A DNA stretch of 63,937 nucleotides, the filler included, from Dimargaris cristalligena (lineage: Eukaryota), in assembly GCA_003614675.1 (NCBI GenBank). It is 3 parts of 3 records of this genome, joined end to end, with 100 filler letters (N's around TTAATTAATTAA, not from the genome) between each part and the next. Parts side by side here need not be neighbours in the genome. Positions count along the whole stretch, not along the records: positions 1 to 21,955 come from ML002648.1; positions 22,056 to 43,992 come from ML002649.1; 1 more part is not named here. One strand, 5' to 3'. Numbering within the stretch: position 1 is the stretch's first letter; every line of letters starts with the position of its first letter. Below, piece by piece: positions 14,670 to 27,126 of this stretch. Under the pieces are notes generated by a model that was not told the DNA's origin, searched no databases, and was given only the letters and a program-made list of their open reading frames with translations. A program made the position numbers and the translations under genes.

Positions 14670-16400
14670 ATGTTCTCGCCTTCCCACTTGGAACCCAGTG
14701 GGTACAACGGCCCACCATTCTCGTCGCATACTCAGGCCGTCCCCACTCCCAATTTGCAAGCGGCTTCCCGGTCACCGACCATGGACCTTGAGCCGTGCTC
14801 GACTAGTATCTCTCGCACTGGTAACAATGAGACCAATGGCCAGGACAATTCCGAAACCACGCAGCCATGCTATTCCATGAATCACGACTCGCTTCTGCCC
14901 CCGCTGTCGGCGCCGCTCTCCCCCATTTCCATGAACCCTGAAGATAACGCACCAACCCCACCAACCAACCCATTGTCGGCTCCTGATAACGCATCAGTGG
15001 CATCAGTGGGGTCGACAGCCACCTTGGGTATGTCGGTGGAAGACGAGTCCTGCCACCCCTCTAGCTGCCCCCCTTCGACTATGCCGCGCACCAAGGGCCC
15101 GGGAATCCCCGGCACCTCGTATTTCTCAATTAAAAACACCCCATATGCCCCCATTCTACCCGCACCGGCCTCCCGCGGCAACCGAGCGACCACTGGATCA
15201 GCTCTAACCGAGCCCACCAAAGCCGCCTGTTCTTCCCCGCTGAATGCCTTCCGCAATCCTCTCCGTGCCTTGGGTAAATTTTACGATAGCAAAGTGGCCC
15301 GCTACTGTCCCGTTACGCGTGCGGCTTGCGGCAGTAGCAGTGAGCCGGGCAATGGCCCTGCCGCGCTCTCCAAAAGCCCCACAACCTCCTACCGTACTTG
15401 CTACAGCAACAGCCTTCCCATAGCTAATATGCGAGCAATTCGGATCGACCGGTTTGGCAGTGGCGCCGATGTATTACAGCATGTTCAAATGCCTACTCCT
15501 AAAGTGCACCCGCGGTGTGTTCTTATTAAGAACGAATATATAGGGGTGAACTACCTTGATATCAATCAACGCACCGGTTTGATTCACATTCCAGTCCCCT
15601 GTATCCTAGGCCGGGAAGGGGCCGGTACGGTGGTTGCGGTGGGTACCAGTTTGGCCCACCAATTCGCGCCTGGCGACCGGGTGGCCTACCTGGGCAACTA
15701 CACGTATGCCGAGTACTCTTGCGTATGCCCCAAGGCCATCTACAAGCTGCCTTCCTCAGTGAGTACTGAAACGGGCGCGGCTGTCCTGCTGCAGGGAGTC
15801 ATGGCCTTGGCCCTGGTTACCGAGGCGTATAAAGTCAAGGCCGGCGATTGGGTGCTCATCAATGCAGCGGCGGGTGGTACTGGCTCCCTGCTGGTCCAGA
15901 TTTGTCAGCAATTCGGGGCCAAGGTTATTGCGGTCACCTCCTCCCCAGCCAAAGCCCAGTGCCTCCAAAACACCCTGGGGGTTGAACACGTGCTTTTTTA
16001 CGACCAGCCCGACTACGCCCAGGAAATTAAGCGACTGACTTTTGGCCGTGGGGTAGATGTAGTCTACGACTCAGTGGGCCGGACCACTTTCTATACTAAC
16101 CTGGGCTGCGTCCGTCGGGGCGGGAACATGGTGGTCTTTGGATGCTCATCCGGCAAAGTGCCCCCCATTGACATTGGCATTCTCGCCTGTAATAATGTCA
16201 AGTTGGTCAAACCCACCCTGTTTAATTACATCCCGGACCGCGCAGAGTTCGACCGCTTCACCTACCAACTGCTAGACATGGTCCAGCGGGGACAAATTAA
16301 GCCGCTTATCCACCGGATTTATCCCCTGGCCGCTATTGAGCATGCCCATCGGGACCTCGAATCACGTAGCTCCGTAGGCAAAATCTTACTCAAACCATAG
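14670..16400 (+). CDS. NADPH:quinone oxidoreductase (zeta-crystallin/Qor, MDR superfamily) with ~253-aa S/P/T-rich N-terminal extension, 576 aa
   Basis: The domain starts at MRAIRIDRFG (15429) and contains GVNYLD, ILGREGAGTVVAVG, VLINAAAGGTG, GRGVDVVYDSVG and HRDLESRSSVGKILL. The first in-frame ATG is at 14670; the ORF-track start at 14439 is TTG. Confidence 0.88.
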   Translation: MFSPSHLEPSGYNGPPFSSHTQAVPTPNLQAASRSPTMDLEPCSTSISRTGNNETNGQDNSETTQPCYSMNHDSLLPPLSAPLSPISMNPEDNAPTPPTNPLSAPDNASVASVGSTATLGMSVEDESCHPSSCPPSTMPRTKGPGIPGTSYFSIKNTPYAPILPAPASRGNRATTGSALTEPTKAACSSPLNAFRNPLRALGKFYDSKVARYCPVTRAACGSSSEPGNGPAALSKSPTTSYRTCYSNSLPIANMRAIRIDRFGSGADVLQHVQMPTPKVHPRCVLIKNEYIGVNYLDINQRTGLIHIPVPCILGREGAGTVVAVGTSLAHQFAPGDRVAYLGNYTYAEYSCVCPKAIYKLPSSVSTETGAAVLLQGVMALALVTEAYKVKAGDWVLINAAAGGTGSLLVQICQQFGAKVIAVTSSPAKAQCLQNTLGVEHVLFYDQPDYAQEIKRLTFGRGVDVVYDSVGRTTFYTNLGCVRRGGNMVVFGCSSGKVPPIDIGILACNNVKLVKPTLFNYIPDRAEFDRFTYQLLDMVQRGQIKPLIHRIYPLAAIEHAHRDLESRSSVGKILLKP

Positions 16401-16834
16401 ATTTATCCCCCTCCTATATACCCCCCCCCATTCACCATTCCCTCTGGGGGTTTGAAGTGCCCCGGTTCACTTCTATAGAGTCGAACGGTCCCATTTACCT
16501 CTGGATTCTGCCGTTCACCTTTTAATGAGCCAATGTTTTACTGCCCTCCTTCCACTTCTTTAATCCCTGTAATACCACCACACCCCTTTCCTTGTCCATT
16601 ACCCAATTTTTAATACATGACTTATCACCGTTGATAAATATTTAGTCCTTGTCTCTTCTCAAAACGGAACTACTGGCTTTCATGCCTCCGTTCGAATTAG
16701 TACATGTAGATATATATACCGGCCGGCTAATATTATTTTCCCAATCATCTTTTAATCAAGTAAAGAAATCACCGCACAAATATCCATTATCCATTATTAG
16801 AGTCGTCCAATACATTTCCCTATTTAATTGTATG

Positions 16835-16980
16835 AATATGGGAGTAGTTCAACAAGGCTGGATAACGAAAAATCCATTTGATGAGGCAAATACTACTGGT
16901 TGAAAATTAATATCCCACTGATTTTCCCATACGCATATCTGTTAAAACCTTATACAGTCGAGCTGAATTTCACCCATATT
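16835..16980 (-). mobile_element. MITE-like ~145-nt element, copy B (inverted relative to A)
   Basis: Reverse complement reads AATATGGGTGAAATTCAGCTCGACTGTATAAGGTTTT...AATGGATTTTTCGTTATCCAGCCTTGTTGAACTACTCCCATATT, matching copies A and E. Confidence 0.72.
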
Positions 16981-19900
16981 AATCGAGCGTGGCGTGGGAT
17001 GGGTGTCTTTAGAAAATCATTGGTCAATAAAATGGACCATTGCACCCAGAATTTTTAAATGCTGAGGCCATGGTGGAAATGGGACTTCCATTGGTGGGGT
17101 ATTTTGTGGGTGTAGTTTATAGTATGGTATAATATCATCACAGATATTTATACCAGGAATAACTAATTAATGGTTTTATTATTCCGCAGTCAAATTTCTC
17201 ATCAATCGAAATATTCCGAAATAACCCAATAATATGACTGCCAAAATGGCTTATATTTATTGCATGTCACAAATAGGGAGAGCTGCACTATAATCAACGA
17301 CGAATCCCATATAACGTATATTTGCCATTATTTATTTATCGGTAAACCGTACCTCAGAAATATAAGTTGCAAATATAGAAAGATTGGCTGTGTCAATTCA
17401 TTAATTTAGAGAAATATTATAGTCGTTTAGGTTGAATACGGTAGTTTGTTGAAGCGAGCTATAAAAATTACTAGGAAAACTGTATCCCAGGTTGATGCCC
17501 TAAGTAACTAATCGATAGTACTAAAATTGCTATTTGCAGGTGTCGCGGTGGCTTACTGCTGAAGTGGCTATCTTCTCACTTACGACCCTGACCTACACAC
17601 CAGCAGTTGGATGAACATATATGATGTTTGCGACTTACAGTTTCGAATTGGACTAATGGTAGGTTCTGATGTAGATTCAGAGCTTATGGGTAGATGGCAA
17701 ATTGAAAATCGGCTATCCGATAGAGAGGGACCTATAGTCAAAATTACTCTGGCAGATTCCAATGAAGAATACCCGTGCAGATTATTTTGATTTATAACCC
17801 AAACTTTAGTGTCGTCCGATATGTTATGATTGATTGCCAGTGGTAGGTACCAAATCCCTCCCACAATCCCTCCACTAATTCTGTGCTAAACGTGCTCTCA
17901 TCCTGACAACACCTATTCTGACAGGCTCTATCCTATCAATATTGCAGTTAATTCTTGCAACTATTTTGGCATTGATATATTTTCAACGAATTCGTTTCTC
18001 GTTGCTTTTACTTTGTATTTCTTTTGAGAATAAGTTGAAATTCTTATAGTACTCGAATTCATATATAAAAGGCGCTTGAATCCTGCGACGGAAACACAGC
18101 AGTTGTCTACTCATTGAAGACGACATTTCGAGGATACCCTTTCCAAATAAATCAGTCCTATTTCCACTAGCAATTTCAGGGCACTTCGGCCGTTATAATT
18201 CCTTACATTCTATGACTCCATTCATAGTCAAGCGTGAATTCCAGCGCCTCCGAATCCAGCCCATCTATGTCCTTGGGCAATTCCATAGGCGTTAACCGGG
18301 AACCCTTTATTGCGACGTCTAAACGGCATTATAAGGCAGTCAGGGCCATTTCGCACATTCCTTGGCCTAGTATGTTGAAGGCGGAGCCACCCAGTGCTGC
18401 AAAAGTGCGATCTAGTGTTGGGAATACTGAACTAAGAGTTTCCAGGTTTAATTGCCAAAAAAAAATATGCAGCCGGAGCGTTGGTGCCTGATAGACTCAC
18501 GTTTGTTAGAGCGTTTCTAAAATTAGATATCCCTGGACCTATGGAGAACCGGGGTAGTAGCAGAAACCAGGATTGATATGGCTAGTTTTATGCACATCCA
18601 CTCTGTGCATCCAATAAGCATAATATCACTTTACTTGGGAGTTCACATCATGATACAGTAGTTTGTTCATGATTATACACACACCACTGGTACAAGCTCC
18701 GCCTAGTCTCTTACCGCCATACCCCCGGACTATGCATTCGGAAAATTGTTCGTTAATCATGTGAATCGCCTTTCTTTTGGAATGGATTTAAAACGCATTT
18801 ATGTCACAAGGTTCATTCCTATAAGAGAGCTACCGATTGCCAAAATGGTGCATGTCCAATCAGTACAAGTCTGGTCTCGAACATCACCACCGAAGAGAAA
18901 ATTATAAACTAAAACTGGTCAGATTAGCGGAGTAGAAGTACCGGTGAATTATTAGTCGTATAGGGTGGTCGGTCACCGCGACATGGTGGTAGATGGGGCT
19001 TAGCCATCTAGGGAGGGTGGATCGCGAAAATCGATATTCGCAAACCTCAGCACTTCATCCAGCGATACCAACGATAGTGGTAAACGAATATACGATATAG
19101 ACGTCTCTAATATGCTACAGGTGGTAACCATGCCTCGATCTATATTCAATTAGTCCAGGGGATAAATTTAATAGGCTATTTATTATAATAATGTGATTTT
19201 CGGAAGCCGGAAACTCATTTGAGGAAGGCTGCAATGTAAATCCTATTCGACAGCTACCTGCTAGATAATATGGCCAGGCTTAACCAGGGGTGAGTGGAGA
19301 GGTCTGCATCGAGATTCAGGTTGGGCTGGGGTGACTAACACTTCCCCATGTCGGTAGTGGTGTCGAATAGCTTGAAAATACTCTTATTTTATACTGGGAA
19401 TTCCAATAATACGGAGCAGAGCCATATGAATACCCAGGCGGCGATTACCTCCTGGTCACTGTGTGGCTATCTCCACCATATTTACTATTGTCTATTCTTA
19501 TATTCAGTTAGCGGGAAGTTGTGGTTATGCAGGAGATTGCAGTACCAGCTCCTTTCGACTTGGGGGTTAGGCTCATACTAAAACTATTATATTGGACTTT
19601 ACATTTGTTGAACTTGAGATATACACCCAGGTGAAACACGTCCCTTTGCTTATCGTGGGTTGAAATGTCCCTGAATCCCCCTCCCTCCGATGGTATCGAG
19701 TGTCACAAATTTGCCATTCGCTACCTAGTTTGTGTCTTTATTAGGAAGGATAGGCCACTAAATATTAAAGTTGAAAAATAACATACTGGTGCGCGGCTAA
19801 TTGTACGAATGACTCCATCCATATTCACACATCCTACCACCCCTGGTAATGCCAATCTTTACATTAATTGTCACGATGTGCAATACTATCCTTCTATTTT

Positions 19901-20146
19901 CACTCTTTTTACCTGATGATTGTCATCAATTGACCACGAACTTTCCTATACGCGCAACGGGTTCCCTATGGGCATATAATATATATATAGTGGTCACTGG
20001 TCTGGCTACGCCTCAGCTTAGTATGAATGTTACATTTATTTACACACTAAGTATATTTTAGATTCCTAACCATTTTTAATGAATGGACTATATTTATGCG
20101 TTTTTTTTTAAAAAAAAGCTTATTGGCTAACATTTTCATATTTATT

Positions 20147-21513
20147 ATGAAATCTCCACTAAAGGGCAGCTTATTGATTGGAATTGCACTTATCCTACTT
20201 GATACCGTTTTCGGAATTGTCGGACTAGGCGCACTTTCCAGGGGCACTATTCCGAGCTCTGCCTCAAAGTACGCTCTTCCGGGCGAATCAAGCACACGTG
20301 CCGTTATAACTTCTTCGAGTGTCCAAAATATTCAAGATAATCGGGCGACCACTAAAGTAAGTTTAGCTACCGGGGTATTATATCAGCCAGCCGTAATGTT
20401 TTCAGGGCCTATTCGACTACTCAAAAACTTGAACTCCGGTTGGCCAGGCTGCTTATATATGAGGCGGACCCGTAGCTTTTTTAAATATTCGTTTTCGGGA
20501 TAATAGATAGAGAGCCAGGTACTTGTGGAGAGGTCATCCCGGGACTTATAAATGCGAGCCCTATAGTATGTATAGCCATGGCATACGCTACACCCAAAAA
20601 ACCAGTCCATTAACTTGATTATACCATCATGTATCCTATCTGATGCTTGTATTTGTTTCATCGCTAGACCATAGTTCTTAGGATGGTCGATTTCGTGAAG
20701 CAAGGACAGTCGACTAGCTTTGAATTTGTTGTCCTTTTTGAGCAGGGTCCACACTCAATTACCATATTACCCGAGATTTTAAACAAGACCAGTCTGCTTT
20801 TAATCTATCAATCCAACGGTCACGTCGAATGTCACCGCTCGGGTGTGCCTATCACGACACCGTGTTTCCGCATTTCTTATACTGAAGGCGAGGAGCTGGC
20901 TTCTCAACTGAGTAAATCAGTAAATCACCGGTTATCTTGGTCCGGCGTGTCGAAGAGGTACCCCCGTCTGGTCAGCACCAACCGCCGCGATTTTAAAGGC
21001 AGATTCAGTCCAGTTGTTTCTGATTTGCGATCTTTGACCAGCCGCAGAGCCGAGTCGATATCGAAGCGGGATATCGAAAACAGCGTCAGTCTTTGGTGGG
21101 GGTCTCACCCGTTCTTTATGTCTGGTCCTTGGACTTCCGATCGCACTCTACTTCGACCTGGGGTTACGGAAAATAATCAGGGAGTAGCCCCATCCCTAAC
21201 TGTGACTCAAATATGCACCATCGTTGGTTTAGTGGTCAGCGGTATAGTTATTTTGGCTATTATTGCTAGTTGTTGGCTGTTACGTAAGTCAATTCGCCAC
21301 CAGCGAGAGCTGGAAAAGCGCAAATTAGCCAGGCAGAAACGTATGGAAGAGGAACATATGGAGCTATATAGACCCAGGCGTCCTCCCCCGATATTGGCCA
21401 ATGGGAGAATTGGATTCGACAACTCGTTTAGCACCTTGAATCTCTCGGCTGTGGAAAAATTGGATATACTAGCTGCTAGCTTGGATATCAATTCGTCCCA
21501 TACGTTTCACTGA
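20147..21513 (+). CDS. Predicted type-I membrane protein: signal peptide, PA-domain-like lumenal region, one TM helix; exons 20147-20356, 20668-21513 (~351 aa)
   Basis: Hydrophobic N-terminus (SLLIGIALILLDTVFG). A GTAAGT donor at 20357 and TAG acceptor at 20667 join two ORFs in phase 0. ITTPCFRISYTEGEELASQL resembles the C-terminal motif of PA domains. TM segment IVGLVVSGIVILAIIASCWLL is followed by a basic coiled stretch. Confidence 0.6.
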
Positions 21514-21955
21514 TTGGTTATACCTTGAAATATTACATCTACTTTTATTAATGTTATAAATACAATTACCTTTTTATTGCCTCGGTTTATACTGTACTAG
21601 TATACACTAATATTCCCCTTTTGCAAGTCATTTTTAATTTGTGGTTAGCATGCCCCTATTAGTATTGGAAATTCATTTCCCCCATCCCACTGATTCCATC
21701 TCTTTGATTGGCTCGTCCTATACTCGGGACTATATTCTAGCCTTTACTATTGTCGCCCCTCCTAATCCATCCTAATCCAACCGATATGACCGCCGTCATA
21801 TCAGGCCGTATAGCGCCATATTGTACCCCCCGGCCCTAACAAGGCCAAACATCATTGATATCCCCTTAACCGGCCAGGCCTCCCGGAGTTCGCACTAATT
21901 ACTCGTAGGTGATCTTAGCGCCTTCCAATTCCCATGGAAGCCCCGCTCAACTGAG

Positions 21956-22055
21956 NNNNNNNNNNNNNNNNNNNNNNNNNNNNNNNNNNNNNNNNNNNNT
22001 TAATTAATTAANNNNNNNNNNNNNNNNNNNNNNNNNNNNNNNNNNNNNNNNNNNN
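21956..22055. other. Artificial contig spacer (44 N + TTAATTAATTAA + 44 N)
   Basis: Exactly 100 nt. The 12-mer places stop codons in all six frames. An identical spacer occurs at 43993-44092. Confidence 0.97.
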
Positions 22056-22306
22056 CTTGCCTTGTCGTCCCCCGCCGGTCGGTTCTTTTCCGTTTCGGCG
22101 CTTGCTCGTGAAGCCGAGGACCCGAAGCAGCCGTCGAAGGACGACAGCCAGAAGGACACCTCCTGGGTAAAGGACCGGGTGCCACAAGAGCCGAGCTGAG
22201 TTGCTAAGGGGGAGCTTTGGGTCAGACCCGGCACGGAGACGAAGCGGCAGGTCGATCGGCCCTGAACCAGACCACGGGCCGAGTTCAGGCGCAGAAAAGC
22301 GGCCAT
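22056..22306 (-). CDS. 5' fragment of a gene with a mitochondrial-presequence-like N-terminus, truncated by the spacer
   Basis: ATG in good context (AATATGGCC). MAAFLRLNSARGLVQGRSTCRFVSV is Arg/Ser/Leu-rich with no acidic residues. The frame stays open to the contig end. No recognisable domain. Confidence 0.45.
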
Positions 22307-23675
22307 ATTGACAAAGAAGATGCGGTAGTGTTGTTATAAATTACGCGGAAACTGGGCGGAGGAGGGAAGTAAGAATACGAATATGAAACAGGGAAAGGTG
22401 GGGTGGGGAAGGGTAGACTAGAATATAATAGAATAGAGTCGACTAGCTGAATAAACGAAAACGTAGCAAAAGGGCTGATCAGACGGGAATGCCTCTATAA
22501 GCCGGGAGATAGTTGCGATGAGCAACCGAACGAAGGAGAGGGGGAGGTGCAAATACGGCGAATGACGGAGAGGGTTCCTAGCGAAAGAAAAGGGAGAACT
22601 AGGCCAGAGGAAGCATGCTGCTGATCTCGTCGGCCAGGTGGGGTGTACAACCACCAAGCCTACTATTGGCCCTTGCGTACTCAGCGACTACGGCAGCCCT
22701 GGATCCACGTAGTCGTTATTGGTTCGTTGCGCGTACCTTCCCCGTGCCTCACTTTAAGAACAACCCCTTTAGTTAAGTATGCCTCTGGCCCCCCAATACA
22801 CCATTATATTAGTCATCCTTTCCATCTGGACTATTGCTACTACTATTTTACCTAAGTAGGCACACCTAATTCACCCTCAACCCAATTATACGTATTACTT
22901 TTGTAGGCGCTACCTTGCGGGTTTCCTGGCTACTGTCTCAATATCCGCAAATCTTCATGCCTCATTACATAATATTCCATATTAAACCCGTTGCTGATAC
23001 CGCATTCCTGGGGTCATGGCGTGTCGCTTTTTAAAAAGAGGTATTATGCCCCGCTGGAATGTTTGGCCTCCAAGTCAAAACCCTTCTTTTAATGCTGCTT
23101 TTTATTTTCCGACTAGGAGGGTTTACAGGCTGGGGTCCAGCCGGTTTGTTAGTGAAACCTGAGGCCAGGTTTAACTGCCCCAATACCCAACATCGCACTG
23201 TTAAAATAGACCACTATCGCCTTGGGATGTCTGTGCCTGGGTATTTATCCGAATGGGTAAACCAGTTGGGGGTGTGGGGCTTACCCATCCAAAGTGGCAC
23301 TCGCGCGAGCATGCGAAATATAAAATCAAATCGATGGACGTTTTATTGTGGGTGAATCATTTGCGAATCGGATGCCGGCGAGGTACATAGGATACAGGCG
23401 ATAAAACAGGGGGGTATAAAAGGAAGGGTAACAATGGCGTGCAAATAGCCCAACAGAGGGAATACAACAATCCCAAAGGGCACTTGGAATGCTTAGGTAG
23501 AATATGAGGAGGGTATACATATGTATATATGAAAACTCAAGAGGTGGAGGAGTTGTTGTTATACTACCCGAATTGCGCAGCTGTCAATTCGTTTAAAAGA
23601 AATGACTGAGCTAGACTATAGCGGCATATAAAAGACTCAGAACAGAGACTTAACGTGGTACATGGATAGCTGGGG

Positions 23676-25582
23676 CTAGGGCATGGTCTTAATTTGTTTG
23701 ATTAAAAACGCCTTTTCGTCGCCGAATTGCTCGTCATCTAACCAGCCAGAGGCGAATGGGGGGGGGGTGGTATATCATATTGGTTAGCGAAGAAGGTCGG
23801 AATTTCAATGGAGAGTTGGAAGGGGAAATAGGTCATAGGCATACCCCTCCGGCCATTGGATTAAGTAAGGACTAGTTAATACAGGAAGGGTAGTGGGGCG
23901 GTGCCCAACATAATAGGTTACCTTTACGATCATTTTGGAAATTGGTCAAGAATTCCAGTAACCGCTCTTTATTCTTGCGCAGAATGTCCGCCACTGGCTT
24001 GCTCTTGTTAGGATTGGCCACAAAGATTTTGAACACATGGAAGGCCTCGTACTGGATATTTTTGCTCTTGTCGCGCAATAGAACCATGACTAATTTGAGG
24101 TTGGCGTCGTAGGTGATGTAGCGAGTCATGGTGTGGTAATTGGTCCGATCAAGAAGTAACTCTCCAAGGAGTTTGAGCGACTGTCGTTTGGTAACGTAGT
24201 TGTCGGACCGAAGTAATTGGTCGTAACAGCCAAAGAATTCGTCGTAGTTGGTCTTGAGAAAATCGGCCACCATGGGTTTGTGGCGTGTCAGAATATCTTT
24301 GAAACTAGCAAAGGCATCGCTGGCAACGTCAAAGGTACTTAGTTCAACATACTTAAAAAAATTATAGAACAATTGCGAGTAGAGGATAATGCGGGCCAGG
24401 GACTCGTGCTTAAGACATTCGCGCAGCATCATGCCACAATTCAGGGCAATGTCGGGTACTTCGTATCTAACCATCATCGGATCGTTTGAATCGCATGGTA
24501 TTCAGTATATATGTGTGGGGGGGAGGCAGTAGGAGGTACATTAAGGAATCTGAGTTAAAAATCAGCAGGGCCACCTCCGACATCCTCCGGTACCAAGCTG
24601 TAATTTGAAGTAAGGGATAATGGTAGGCGTTGAGGGCGTAGGGTGGGAAAGGGTCCGAAGGCAGCAAAGCTGAGTGGGCGAACACTCCTAGATAGACCAA
24701 GGCTCAATTAACTAGGGACGGGTATGATAGCAAACACGACTTACCCTAATACAAGATTGCCCAGAGTTTTCTCTTGGGTGGATAGATACTCGACGGTGGG
24801 CCACCTGCTACCAATCTGCCGCCGTAGGAGAGTATTGAAAATGTGGACGGCATCTTTGCGAGTCTGGTGTAGGAATATGATTAATAATATCAAACAATTA
24901 GTTGGTGCGATGCTGGCTCGTTTGGGGTGGACATAGCCGAACGGATTGCCCGGTAGCGGCACAGGCCAATGGATTCACCTCGGAGAAGTAAAGGAGAGCA
25001 CGGCTTACCTCAAACTCGAATTTACTGAGCTGGGCTACGAAAAGGGGAAGCAGATCATTCTTGTAGGTCTCTTGGGAAAGCTGGGCAACCTGTTCGGGAC
25101 TAGCGTCGTGATCTGATGGGAATGTAATAATCGGAGGATGGATAGCGACAGCGGGTAAATATTGGTGTTATTAATTCCTCTCTTTTTTACTTTACTGAAA
25201 AGCATTAATGCCTTTCCTTGCAACCCCATCCATAACTATATATATGGGATTTCTAACTAATAGATTCCTAAGTAGAGGATTGGCGCACTCCTGGGTACCT
25301 GGGAAACTTACCTCCGTCACCGCTCAGGATAGACCGCATACTGGCCAGGCTTTTAGATATTTCATCGTTGACCTATGGGGGGGGGATACCGGGAGGAATA
25401 AAACGGTTGGTAAGTAAGTGCAGGCAGGAGGGCTTCGATTGGGGTAGGTAGGTCGCTGGGTAAAATAGGCAGGGACAACTTACCTTGCGGTTATCGGCAT
25501 TGCCTAGCTTCAGGATGGCTTCGCGCACGATCTTGACCAGCTCGTGGGGGTTCTTGAGTTTGCTTTTGAAGAGAAAGTTCAT
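23676..25582 (-). CDS. HYM1: Mo25/CAB39/Hym1 kinase scaffold, 329 aa; exons 25582-25484, 25372-25312, 25112-25009, 24863-24745, 24466-23922, 23737-23676
   Basis: Conserved Mo25 motifs: [96 protein letters not shown]. Five GT-AG introns keep the frame. Confidence 0.93.
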
Positions 25583-26597
25583 TGGGGGCGAGGGAGATGA
25601 AGGGCGGAATGGGGGACAGAGGGGCATATAGAGAGAGAAAGTGAGAGAGAGGATTATGGTAAACAAAGGGTTTGACGCGGCGGAGTTGCGCTGAGGGTTA
25701 GAGGGGTATTAAGCAAGAAAGGAAAGCAGAAGGAAGGGGAGAGTGCCTTTCTTCCCATGGTGGGAAGTGCGGGGAGATAATAGGTGGGTGGGTGGAGTAT
25801 ATGCGGTGCTGATCGTCGCCCATTTCAAAGCCCGCGATTATCTGCGGGGAGTGTGGGGCCGGGAACCATTAGGGCGCATTGAGTCATGGAGCTTTATAGA
25901 GAGGGCTAGATAGGATCAACCAGCCATTATATACACCGCATACAGTTACCTCATCGGGTTCAAGCCATTATAACAACAGCCTCAGCCAACAATGCATAAT
26001 AAGCGCTTCACTTCTCTTACTTACTTATCCCTCCTTGTTGCCTTCTTACTGACGATTATCCTTCCTTCTTCTCTTCTCTTCACTTCTCTTTATTCAACTT
26101 CGGGGCACTGCCGGTCTAATTGCCCATTCCTCCTTCGCCTGACGACTTCGTTGCCTATTAATAAAGTAGTACTTGGCCGAGACTGCGTTCCTTGGCCCAG
26201 ACTATTACTAATTCTATTCCTATTATTCCCACCTTAAAGAGTCGGACTCTTTTCAACGTTCAGTTCCGGAACCCATCTCCGCTTGTACGACCCACACTTC
26301 GCCCTGGTCCCTCTCTCCCCATAAATATCCGCCCGTTTTACCTGGCCGGCTTGACTCGCGCCTGGTCTCACAGTTGCGTGTGCAACCAACCTCTTCCCTC
26401 TTTTATATCCACTTGGGTGTATTATTATCCCACATACACCTAATCTGCCTTGTCGACCGTTTCTCTCTGCTACTGCTGCCCCTATTGTTCCTTTTCCTAA
26501 CTCGGTCGCTTGTTTCAACTCCTGCACCCTCCCGTCTGGTTCCACGCATATCCCCCGCTGTGCGTCCCGAAAAAAAAAGCGAAGCTGCAGCGATAAT

Positions 26598-26630
26598 TCT
26601 CTCTCTCTCTCTCTCTCTTTCCCTCTCTCT
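26598..26630 (+). repeat. (CT)n microsatellite in the pyrimidine-rich leader upstream of the kinase
   Basis: TCTCTCTCTCTCTCTCTCTCT run; a second (CT)10 run lies at 26801-26820. Confidence 0.9.
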
Positions 26631-27126
26631 TTCGCTTTCTCACTGCCTTTCTCCCGCCCCTGGGCTGCTGCTGGCTCGTCACGTCTCTCCTCATCTGCGT
26701 CGTTGGCGCCTTGCCTCTTTTTCTCGCTTAGCTCTTCCCCCCTACCCTATATTTATTTTTCACTCCCTACTATTTCTTATATCCAGGCTAGCTCGTATCC
26801 CTCTCTCTCTCTCTCTCTCTTTCTGTGCGACCTGTTAGCGAGTAGGTCCCCGACCAGCCTCCTCAATCGTATATTCGTCCAGTCGCACCGTGTGCGTATT
26901 GTACCCCCTCCCCGTCCGCTGGTCGGTCTGTCACTAACTACTACTACTATTCCCGCTTCCCAATATTTCCAACATCCCCTCGTGCCCATTGCCTGGTATT
27001 TCGGGCCCCTCATTGTTGTTTTCTTTTTATCGTTTATTCTATTCTATTTTTCCTTCCCCTATCCGCTTGTAGGAGTAAGCCGCCTCCTACTCGCTCTATT
27101 ACCCTACACCCTACCGTCGTGTCGGC

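Noticed and set aside
22000..22011. Perfect palindrome TTAATTAATTAA, repeated at 44037-44048
   Set aside because: Embedded symmetrically in N runs; an assembly linker, not biology.
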